The notes under the pieces are model-generated. The model was not told where the DNA came from. It saw only the letters and a list, made by a program, of their open reading frames with translations, and made no database searches. DNA of 64,000 nt. Origin: Candidatus Levyibacteriota bacterium (GTDB lineage Bacteria; Patescibacteriota; Microgenomatia; Levybacterales; UBA12049). Positions within the stretch are counted from its first letter, which is position 1; each line of letters begins with the position of its first letter. The stretch spans positions 26,846 to 90,845 of the forward strand of contig JACPGP010000014.1 of the NCBI GenBank assembly GCA_016182425.1. Direction: 5' to 3'. This document shows positions 38,449 to 46,819 of the stretch, in pieces. A program made the translations under genes and the position numbers.

Positions 38449-38880
38449 ATGGGTAAGCATGATAAAAAAAGAAGGAAGAAATCTTTCCGAAAGGCTTTTT
38501 TGTTTTCGGCAGGAACCGCTATTTTTGTTTTTGTTATTCTCAGCTTATCTTATACTGTTTGGATTTTTCCTAAAAGACCACTTTTTATTAGTCCTCTCTC
38601 TTTAGATATTAGTAAAGACCAAGAATCGGCAACTTCCGTAAATATGCTGGAAGATCTGTTGCGAGAAAAGAATATTCGGTTTTCTCTGGTAACGCCGTTT
38701 GATGATACGTCATATCTAGTAATATTTGGCCAAGGAGAAGAAGTGTTGTTTTCTTCGCAGAAATCTTTGTCTTCGCAAGTTTCCTCTTTACAACTTATCA
38801 TGTCGCGTCTTACAATAGAGGGGAAACGTTTCACGAGGATTGATTTTCGTTTTGATACGCCAGTTATAATAACTAAATAG
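38449..38880 (+). CDS. ftsQ: short FtsQ/DivIB-like division protein
   Basis: Basic N-terminus, one TM and a small C-domain ending RIDFRFDTPVII. The position before ftsA supports the call. Confidence 0.5.
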   Translation: MGKHDKKRRKKSFRKAFLFSAGTAIFVFVILSLSYTVWIFPKRPLFISPLSLDISKDQESATSVNMLEDLLREKNIRFSLVTPFDDTSYLVIFGQGEEVLFSSQKSLSSQVSSLQLIMSRLTIEGKRFTRIDFRFDTPVIITK

Positions 38881-38894
38881 CAAGAAAGATTGTT

Positions 38895-40229
38895 ATGGCA
38901 GAAGGAAAAATTGTTGTCGGTGTAGATATAGGGAGTTCTAAAATTGTCACCCTTATTGCGAAAGTAGTTGATGAAACTATTAATATTCTTGGGGTTTCCG
39001 AGGTTACAGCGGCAGGCATACGAAAAGGTCAAATAGTTGATATCGAAGACGCGGTTTCGGCTGTCAATAGTTCGTTGGAGGGGGCCGAGCGCATGGCTGG
39101 TTACTCCGTGTCCCGCGTAGTGGCCGCAATTGGAGGAAATCATATTGAGAGTCAAAATTCCAAAGGGGTGGTGGCTGTGGCTACTCCTGAGGGGGAAATC
39201 ATGCCCTCTGATTTGAAGCGGGTGATTGATGCTGCCGCTGCTGTGTCTCTTTCTTCAAGTAGAGAAATTATCCATGTGCTTCCTAGAAATTACACAGTGG
39301 ACGGGCAAGAGGGAATTAAAGATCCAATCGGCATGACAGGTATTCGTTTGGAGGTAGATACACACATTATTACGGCCAGCGCCACATCTATTCGCAATTT
39401 GGAAAAAGCGTTGGATGAAGTGGGCGTTGATGTAGAAGGGATAGTAGCAAGCGGCTATGCCAGCAGTCTTTCGGTATTATCGGATACGGAGAAAGAGTTG
39501 GGTGTAGTGTTGGTTGATATTGGAGCAGGCACAACAGACATTTCTATTTATGTTGAAGGATCGGTGGCTTATTCATCTGTTTTGCCAATAGGAGCAAGAC
39601 ACATCACAAACGATTTAGCAATTGGTCTTCGTATTTCGCTGGAGTCGGCTGAGAAAATAAAGCTTTTCTTATCTTCGGTTCAGAAGGAAAAGAAACGAGT
39701 TGAGTATGACGAAGAGGAAGGTCCAAAAGAAAAAGAAGAAAAAACCATCGAGGGGAGGAAAGCAGATTTTGTGGCTAAAGGGGATGAAATAGATTTATCA
39801 GGACTGGCGCTGCCTGAAGAAATTCGAAAGGTTTCCAAAAAGACCCTCATAGAGGGTATTATTCGTCCACGCTTAAACGAAATTTTTACGTTTGTGGGGA
39901 TCGAGATTAAAAAAAGCGGTTTTGCCGGGCAGACACCGGCCGGGCTAGTGGTAACAGGAGGAGGAGCAAAAACCATTGGCGTAATAGACGCAGCCAAACG
40001 AATGTTGGCAATGCCTGTTCGCGTTGGCTTACCAAAAGAACTTAAGGGAATAACAGACGAAATAGAAGATCCGGAGTTTGCCACAGTTATAGGCCTGCTT
40101 CTTTTTGGCGCAAAGCTTGAAGTTTCTCCGTCTCTCCCATTTGGGATTTCTTTTCCTCAGCTATCGGGATTTAAATTGGGGAAGATAGCTAAAAAAGCGA
40201 TTGGGTTTATAAAATCGTTCATGCCATGA
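38895..40229 (+). CDS. ftsA: cell division protein FtsA
   Basis: VGVDIGSSKIV, VLVDIGAGTTD, VVTGGGAK. Confidence 0.9.
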   Translation: MAEGKIVVGVDIGSSKIVTLIAKVVDETINILGVSEVTAAGIRKGQIVDIEDAVSAVNSSLEGAERMAGYSVSRVVAAIGGNHIESQNSKGVVAVATPEGEIMPSDLKRVIDAAAAVSLSSSREIIHVLPRNYTVDGQEGIKDPIGMTGIRLEVDTHIITASATSIRNLEKALDEVGVDVEGIVASGYASSLSVLSDTEKELGVVLVDIGAGTTDISIYVEGSVAYSSVLPIGARHITNDLAIGLRISLESAEKIKLFLSSVQKEKKRVEYDEEEGPKEKEEKTIEGRKADFVAKGDEIDLSGLALPEEIRKVSKKTLIEGIIRPRLNEIFTFVGIEIKKSGFAGQTPAGLVVTGGGAKTIGVIDAAKRMLAMPVRVGLPKELKGITDEIEDPEFATVIGLLLFGAKLEVSPSLPFGISFPQLSGFKLGKIAKKAIGFIKSFMP

Positions 40230-40281
40230 TGCCTCTTGCAAAAAAGATTTGCTTTTGTTAGGATGATGAAGAATTTTACAT

Positions 40282-41373
40282 ATGTTAATTAAGCCACAAA
40301 CAGCAAATTTTGCCAAAATAAGGGTGATGGGTATAGGCGGCGGAGGCAATAACGCACTTAACTCCATGATTTCCCAAAGTCAAATTCAAGGCGTTGATTT
40401 TATTGCCGTAAATACCGATGCTCAGGCCCTTCTGATGTGCCAATCGGCCACAAAATTGCAAATCGGCGAGAATTTTACCAAAGGGCTGGGGTCCGGTGGT
40501 GATCCGGAAGTTGGCAGGCAAGCGGCCGAGGAGTCGACGCAGAAAATTAAAGATATTCTTGAGGGAACAGACATGGTTTTTTTAGCAGCCGGTATGGGCG
40601 GAGGTACTGGGACTGGTGCAACGCCAATTATTGCCAAAGTTGCTAAAGAAGTAGGAGCATTGACAATCGCCGTTGTGACAAAGCCATTTTCTTTTGAAGG
40701 AACAAGACGGATGGTAACTGCCGAGGATGGGGTAGAGAATTTACGTGATAAAGTAGACACGCTTATTGTTATTCCAAACCAGCGGATTTTGGATGTGGTG
40801 GATCGAAAACTATCGCTTCTTGAGGCGTTCAAAGTGGCAGATTCAGTGCTTACCCAAGGTGTGCACGGAATTTCGGATCTTATTACCATGCCCGGTCTTA
40901 TTAATGTTGATTTTGCCGATGTTAGAACCATTATGACTAACGCAGGATCAGCTCTTATGGGTATAGGTACGGGTGTGGGAGAAAACAGGGCCCAAACTGC
41001 AGCCAGAACAGCCATTGCCTCGCCGCTTTTGGAAATTTCTATGGATGGTGCACGGGGAGTATTATTTAATATCATTGGCGGGCCTGATTTAACTATGAGC
41101 GAGGTTGATGAAGCGGCAAAAATTATTGCCGCAGCTGCCGATCCAGACGCCAATATTATCTTTGGCGCCACTATTGATGAGGCCATGCGCGACCAGTTAA
41201 AAATTACTGTTGTGGCAACAGGCTTTGACCAAACAAAGCAGCGGCTTAAAGAATTTGTTGTTCCAGAAAAAAAAGCAGAAGAGCAAAAATCTCAAGTTTT
41301 ATCTTCTGAGAAGCCAGAAGAAGAGGAAGAAGACGTCTTTGAAATCCCCGCATTCTTGAGGCAAAGAAATTAG
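40282..41373 (+). CDS. ftsZ: cell division protein FtsZ
   Basis: [19 protein letters not shown], and a C-terminal [10 protein letters not shown] tail. Confidence 0.95.
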   Translation: MLIKPQTANFAKIRVMGIGGGGNNALNSMISQSQIQGVDFIAVNTDAQALLMCQSATKLQIGENFTKGLGSGGDPEVGRQAAEESTQKIKDILEGTDMVFLAAGMGGGTGTGATPIIAKVAKEVGALTIAVVTKPFSFEGTRRMVTAEDGVENLRDKVDTLIVIPNQRILDVVDRKLSLLEAFKVADSVLTQGVHGISDLITMPGLINVDFADVRTIMTNAGSALMGIGTGVGENRAQTAARTAIASPLLEISMDGARGVLFNIIGGPDLTMSEVDEAAKIIAAAADPDANIIFGATIDEAMRDQLKITVVATGFDQTKQRLKEFVVPEKKAEEQKSQVLSSEKPEEEEEDVFEIPAFLRQRN

Positions 41374-43131
41374 TTACTTTATATCTGGATATTTAATAAT
41401 AAATGTTTCGCAGAAGTTTTTTGGTGATAGTTTTTCCACGGCAAGGTCATTAAACGTAAGATTTGCTACATAAGGCTTTAAATTAAATTTTGAACAGATA
41501 CTATCTTGATAAATGTTATACACTGCACCCGAGTCTGAGAGCTGAACAATAGAAAGCGTGTTTTTGACATTTATAAATTGAGTGCATTTTTTCCCGGCAT
41601 CAAAAATATAAATGCTGTTTTTTTCAATTGTTTCTAACTCATCACACGTAATAAATGTTACATTTTTTAATCGATAATTGCGGCGTAAAAATGCATTCTT
41701 AACTTCCTCCGATGTTTGTCTGCTGTATATATTAGAGTAAATAATGTAATTCTTAAATTGATTCTTCGGGTTTCCTAATAATACGGAAGTCTTTTTATTT
41801 TCTGAATTGGCAAGTTGTATATATCGAGACATAAGGCGTGAACTGAATGCTTGTGCTTCTGACGCGAAAACTGGCTGAATGAAAAAATAGGTATAGAGGA
41901 AATTTCCGATTAATAAAACGTAGATTCCACCGATCAAAAGAGAACTTATCATTAAGTATGCTTTACTTTTCTTTATAGTCAGGATTGACCAAATTCCTAC
42001 TCCGATATAGATGTAGAGAAATGGAATATACAAAGACGATCTCATTACATAGGTGATTCCTTCATTGCTTACGATAGTTGGAAGCGGGGATATTAGTATA
42101 ATAGATGTTAAGAGAATCCAAAGTTTTCTATTTCTTGCTAATAAGTAACAAAATCCAAGAATCAAAAATATGAAATCTATATAATAGAAATGTCCGTGAT
42201 TATAGATGTGAAACCGAAGTAATCTTTCTGAATCGACAAAAAGGTTATTTGCTGAGAACGCGCCGATATATTTTCCAATAATGTATTTTGTCGCCACAAA
42301 GGCTTTATTTGAAAAAATTACATAAAAGGGATTTTTTATGGCCATACGTCGTTCAAAGTTGACCTGATTGCTTACATCTGATGCGGAGTAAAAGGTAGCT
42401 TCGTTAAGTCTATTTATGGTGTTACGCTGATACGCATTGAAGAGAAAAAGCGATGTTATACCCAAACACAACAAAAAGAGGGTTAAATATTGTTTTAGGT
42501 ATTTTCTATGATCTACCTGAATCCAGGCGAAGAGAGAAATAATTGCAACGTACGGAATGAGCGTTACTTTATATGCCATGTATGTGTAAAAACCAAGCGC
42601 AAGCGGAATAAATGTCAGTAATTTCTTCCAGCCAGATGTGTTAACGAGCACATAAAACGCTAAGAGGTAAAAAAATACGGCAAGAGACGTTTCGAAAGCC
42701 GACCTTCCGAAGAATATAGCCCATGGATTAAAACAAGCGATAAGCCCTACGATAAGCGCAATTTTTTCATGCAATAGTTTTTTTACAAGTAAATACAATA
42801 CCACGACAAACAATGAATTTGCGATCGCGTAAAAAATATGAGCAGCAAAAAGAGATGACGGCAAAGGTCCGATAATGGGTGACAGATAGATATAAGGGAG
42901 TTCTGCCTGGGCAGGTTCGTCAGGAAGGGGAGTCAGTGAGAATGGGTTCCATTGTCCGGTTACATCATGTCCTGTATAAAAAAATGCTTTTGCATTTAAA
43001 ACGAAGACCATATTATCATTCACTATGCCTATCGGGATTTTATCAAGCGCAATTGTTCGGAGGGTAAAAGCAATAAGAAATAACAAAAGTGGAATTGCGT
43101 AAGGTTTTGTAAATATTGATCGTACAATCAC
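41374..43131 (-). CDS. GT-C family membrane glycosyltransferase (ArnT/PMT-like)
   Basis: Polytopic membrane protein with a GT-C-like first loop (VNDN...). It is divergent from a polyprenyl-P GT2. Confidence 0.55.
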   Translation of the reverse strand: MIVRSIFTKPYAIPLLLFLIAFTLRTIALDKIPIGIVNDNMVFVLNAKAFFYTGHDVTGQWNPFSLTPLPDEPAQAELPYIYLSPIIGPLPSSLFAAHIFYAIANSLFVVVLYLLVKKLLHEKIALIVGLIACFNPWAIFFGRSAFETSLAVFFYLLAFYVLVNTSGWKKLLTFIPLALGFYTYMAYKVTLIPYVAIISLFAWIQVDHRKYLKQYLTLFLLCLGITSLFLFNAYQRNTINRLNEATFYSASDVSNQVNFERRMAIKNPFYVIFSNKAFVATKYIIGKYIGAFSANNLFVDSERLLRFHIYNHGHFYYIDFIFLILGFCYLLARNRKLWILLTSIILISPLPTIVSNEGITYVMRSSLYIPFLYIYIGVGIWSILTIKKSKAYLMISSLLIGGIYVLLIGNFLYTYFFIQPVFASEAQAFSSRLMSRYIQLANSENKKTSVLLGNPKNQFKNYIIYSNIYSRQTSEEVKNAFLRRNYRLKNVTFITCDELETIEKNSIYIFDAGKKCTQFINVKNTLSIVQLSDSGAVYNIYQDSICSKFNLKPYVANLTFNDLAVEKLSPKNFCETFIIKYPDIK

Positions 43132-43186
43132 CGGACTATTGTCTCAAATCAAAAATTAGCTGTCAACGTAAGTTTGCTGTTATAAT

Positions 43187-43945
43187 ATGCTTGTGAAAAA
43201 GAGAATAATTGCAGTAATGCCTGCATATAACGCGGCTAAGACTCTTGAGAAAACCTGCAAAGATATTCCAAAAGGATTGGTTGATGAGGTAATTCTTGTG
43301 GATGATAAAAGCTCAGATAATACAGTTGAGATAGCTAACAAACTAGGATTAACTGTTATTGCGCATGGGAAAAATAGAGGGTATGGAGGTAATCAGAAAA
43401 CTTGTTATGAAGAGGCGCTAAGAAAAGGCGCTAATATTGTTATCATGGTTCATCCGGACTATCAGTATGATAGCTCGCTTTGTGGAGAATTGATCCGACC
43501 GATAGAACAGGGAAGATTTGATGTGATGTTTGGAGGCAGGATAAGGACAAGAAAAGAAGCATTAGCAGGCGGTATGCCATACCAAAAATATATTCTCAAC
43601 AGGATTTTTGCTTTAATAGAAAACTTTGTTTTGGGCGTTAACTTTACTGAGCATTTTAGCGGATTTAGAGCGTACTCCCGAAAGGTATTAGAAACGCTTC
43701 CACTGCAAAGTTTTAGTGACGATTTTGTTTTTGATCAGCAATTAATGATTACTGCTATTGCATACGGCTTTAGAATTAGCGAGTATCCTGTCCCAGTTAG
43801 ATATTTCTCCGAAGGCTCATCAATTAAAACTATCGCTGGAGCGAAATTTTTGCTCAGTACGCTTTGGGTTTTATTCTTGTATATCTTGTTTAAACTAAAA
43901 TTGTATGAGAGCAGTATATTTTATTTCAAGAAGTTAGTCTTGTAA
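43187..43945 (+). CDS. GT2 polyprenyl-phosphate glycosyltransferase (DPM1/GtrB-like) with a C-terminal TM
   Basis: AVMPAYNAAKTL, VDDKSSDNT, GKNRGYGGNQK, HPDYQYD. The true start may be the GTG at 43193, because TATAAT at 43181-86 abuts the ATG. Confidence 0.75.
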   Translation: MLVKKRIIAVMPAYNAAKTLEKTCKDIPKGLVDEVILVDDKSSDNTVEIANKLGLTVIAHGKNRGYGGNQKTCYEEALRKGANIVIMVHPDYQYDSSLCGELIRPIEQGRFDVMFGGRIRTRKEALAGGMPYQKYILNRIFALIENFVLGVNFTEHFSGFRAYSRKVLETLPLQSFSDDFVFDQQLMITAIAYGFRISEYPVPVRYFSEGSSIKTIAGAKFLLSTLWVLFLYILFKLKLYESSIFYFKKLVL

Positions 43946-43957
43946 GCTCTTCGATGC

Positions 43958-43986
43958 TTGAAGTAAACTGCTTTTTTCGCTACAAT
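43958..43986 (+). promoter_or_regulatory. sigma70-like promoter giving a leaderless ileS mRNA
   Basis: TTGAAG, a 17-nt spacer, then TACAAT. The ATG at 43994 is 7 nt after the -10 element. Confidence 0.5.
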
Positions 43987-43993
43987 CAAGTTT

Positions 43994-46819
43994 ATGTTTA
44001 AGCCAGTATCTCCCAAAGTTGATTTCCCAAAGCTTGAGGAAGAAATTACAAAGTATTGGAAAGAGAAAAAAATTTTTGAAAAGTCTATTTCTTCCCGTCC
44101 AAAAGATAAAACATGGACCTTTTTGGATGGGCCTCCCTTTGTGACGGGTGTCCCTCATTACGGATCTTTGCTCTCAAGTATCCCCAAAGATGTCTTTGGC
44201 AGGTATTGGACCATGAAGGGATATCGAGTGCGTCGAGTCTGGGGATGGGATGGTCATGGTTTGCCGATTGAAAATAAAGTAGAAACAGCACTAAACATAA
44301 AATCCAAAAAAGAGATTGAGGAAAAGGTGGGAGTAAAAAGATTCATTGAGGAGTGTAAAAAATACGTCAATACTGTTTCTTTGGAATGGGAGTGGTATGT
44401 AGATCGAATTGGCCGATGGGTTGATTTTAAAAACGCTTACAAAACGTGGGATAGAGATTACATGGAGTCTGTGATGTGGGTGTTTAAGCAAATGTACGAA
44501 AAGGGCTATATCTACAAAGGCCTTCGAGTATCGCTTTATTGTCCTCACTGCGCAACGCCAATTTCTAACTTTGAAGTAGCCATGGATGCTGAAAACTATA
44601 AAGAAGTGACAGATGCTGCTACTACCTATAAGTATCCTCTTAGGGATGAAAAAAATACCTTTATCCTTGCTTGGTCCACAACGCCGTGGAATAAAATCGT
44701 TACCCCCGCACTTGCGATTAATCCTAAATTAACTTATGTAAAAGTCAAACAAGGAAATGAGAAATATATTTTGGCTAAATCAACTTTAAAAATTCTAACA
44801 GGGAAATATGACGTGTTTGAGGAATTTAAGGGAGAAGCACTTGTTGGAAAAAAGTTTGTTCCTCATTACGACTACTACAAAATCGAAAAGGGAGAAAAGG
44901 CCTTCAAAATTATTGGTTCGGATTTTGTAACAGCCGAAGAAGGCACAGGCGTAGTAACGATTGCCGCATATGGGGAAGAAGATTTAAAAGTAATGCAGGA
45001 GCAAAATATTCATATTGAAATGCATCTTGATGAGGAAGGAACCATAAAATCAAATGTGCCTGTCTTTGGTGGTATGTATTATCTAAAGGCAAATAAAGCT
45101 GTTAACAAAGATCTGGCACTGCGCGGCTTAATTTATAAAGATGAAGAACTTCCCCATAATGTACCACTTTGTTGGCGATGCCACACCAGGCTCTATTATG
45201 CACCAATCAATGCATGGTATGTAAATGTCCAAACACTAAAAGCTTTAATGAAAAAAACCAATGAAAACGTGCAATGGTTTCCCTCCCACTTTAAGTATGG
45301 AAGATTCTTAAAGAGCATGGAGAATGCGCCTGATTGGAATATTTCACGAAATCGCTATTGGGGTTCTCCTGTGCCTGTGTGGGAATGCGAAAGCTGTGGG
45401 GAGCGATTTGTACCTGGATCGATTGAGGAGCTTGAGAAGACAAGTGGGAAAAAAATTGCAGATCTTCATAAACCAGAGATTGACGAGGTGATTGTTAAGT
45501 GTAAAAGGTGTGGCAAGGATGCCAGGCGTACTACCGAAGTTTTAGATAGCTGGATCGAGGCAGGATCGGCATCTTTTGCCGAGCGCCATTTTCCGTTTAA
45601 TAAGCAAGAAAAGCTTGGGGAGTTCTTTCCTCCTGATTTTATTGCCGAATATACCGGGCAGATTCGGGCCTGGTTTTATGTATTGCATGTCATTGGAGCG
45701 GCGTTATATAAAAGTGAGGCATTCAAGAATGTAGTTGTTGAGGGGGTAATCTTGGGAACTGATGGACGGAAAATGAGCAAGAACTATGGCAATTATCCGG
45801 ACCCAAAAGAAATGCTGCGAAAATACGGCGGCGATGCTCTAAGACTTTACTTAATGGGAAGCCCAGTGATGCATGGAGAAGATATTTTAATTTCTGAAGA
45901 GAAATATAAAGAACAAGTGAGAGGAATACTTCTTATTTTGTGGAATGTTTATAATTTTTTTGTAGGTAATGCAAATGTAGATCAGTATCAACCCCGATTA
46001 AATAGGGGTCAAGTATCAGAAAATGTTTTAGATCGGTGGGTTATAGCACTTTTACAAAAATTGATAAAAGAGATAACAGAGGCTTTAGAGAAGTACGATA
46101 CTGTTTTAGCTATAGAAAAAGCAGAAAAATTTGTCGGTGATCTTTCAACGTGGTACATCCGGCGAAGCAGAGAAAGAGTTGGTCCGACAGCTGATGAGGG
46201 GAAAGACAAACAGGCATTTTACCACACATGTCATAGTGTCTTAACAACACTTTGTAAGCTACTTGCGCCAATAACACCGTTTGTGACAGAAGAGATTTAT
46301 AGGAATCTCGCAGGAGAGGAGTCAGTGCATTTGGCGCAGTGGCCACAGTTTACAGATCCCTCCAGTTCGGCGGGCAGGCACAGTTCACAGATACTAAATG
46401 AAATGGATAATGGTATTACGCTTGCTTCAAAGATACATGCTTTGCGAAAAGAAACAAATGTCAAAGTACGAATTCCTTTACGAAAACTTAACTACAGAGG
46501 CCCACAAGAACCGAGAAAAGACATCCTAAAGATTGTTCTTAGTGAAGTGAATGTTTATGAACTTATCTATGTGGGTAAAGCCGATGAATATGAGGTCGAG
46601 GGTGATACAACTTTGAAAAATCAAGATATCGAAGCAGGAAGAGCGCGGGATATTATTCGAGCCATTCAGGAAGAGCGTAAAATTCTTGGTACAAATTTAG
46701 ATGAAAGAGTAAATGTTGTTTTGCCCTCTTGGCCAAGCTCGTTTGAGGCAGAGATAAAAAAGAAGGCGCTAGTAGGATTTATTTCTAAAGGAGAAACGTT
46801 TAAGGTTTTGCGGTCATGA
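43994..46819 (+). CDS. ileS: isoleucine--tRNA ligase
   Basis: GPPFVTGVPHYGS (HIGH region), KMSKN, CP1 editing insert, and Cys clusters CWRCHT / CESCG / CKRCG. Confidence 0.9.
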   Translation: MFKPVSPKVDFPKLEEEITKYWKEKKIFEKSISSRPKDKTWTFLDGPPFVTGVPHYGSLLSSIPKDVFGRYWTMKGYRVRRVWGWDGHGLPIENKVETALNIKSKKEIEEKVGVKRFIEECKKYVNTVSLEWEWYVDRIGRWVDFKNAYKTWDRDYMESVMWVFKQMYEKGYIYKGLRVSLYCPHCATPISNFEVAMDAENYKEVTDAATTYKYPLRDEKNTFILAWSTTPWNKIVTPALAINPKLTYVKVKQGNEKYILAKSTLKILTGKYDVFEEFKGEALVGKKFVPHYDYYKIEKGEKAFKIIGSDFVTAEEGTGVVTIAAYGEEDLKVMQEQNIHIEMHLDEEGTIKSNVPVFGGMYYLKANKAVNKDLALRGLIYKDEELPHNVPLCWRCHTRLYYAPINAWYVNVQTLKALMKKTNENVQWFPSHFKYGRFLKSMENAPDWNISRNRYWGSPVPVWECESCGERFVPGSIEELEKTSGKKIADLHKPEIDEVIVKCKRCGKDARRTTEVLDSWIEAGSASFAERHFPFNKQEKLGEFFPPDFIAEYTGQIRAWFYVLHVIGAALYKSEAFKNVVVEGVILGTDGRKMSKNYGNYPDPKEMLRKYGGDALRLYLMGSPVMHGEDILISEEKYKEQVRGILLILWNVYNFFVGNANVDQYQPRLNRGQVSENVLDRWVIALLQKLIKEITEALEKYDTVLAIEKAEKFVGDLSTWYIRRSRERVGPTADEGKDKQAFYHTCHSVLTTLCKLLAPITPFVTEEIYRNLAGEESVHLAQWPQFTDPSSSAGRHSSQILNEMDNGITLASKIHALRKETNVKVRIPLRKLNYRGPQEPRKDILKIVLSEVNVYELIYVGKADEYEVEGDTTLKNQDIEAGRARDIIRAIQEERKILGTNLDERVNVVLPSWPSSFEAEIKKKALVGFISKGETFKVLRS
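46344..46392 (+). repeat. heptamer tract CACAGTT TACAGAT | CACAGTT CACAGAT split in its centre by a 21-bp GC-rich insert (46358-46378)
   Basis: Direct reading. The insert ccctccagttcggcgggcagg encodes PSSSAGR in-frame. Confidence 0.9.

Noticed and set aside
38550-39155. 201-aa antisense ORF spanning ftsQ/ftsA
   Set aside because: It overlaps two well-supported plus-strand genes and has no motifs.
40422-41186. 254-aa antisense ORF within ftsZ
   Set aside because: It lies opposite a strongly supported gene. Its Ala/Ser/Pro-rich low-complexity translation is typical of antisense Gly/Ala-rich coding DNA.
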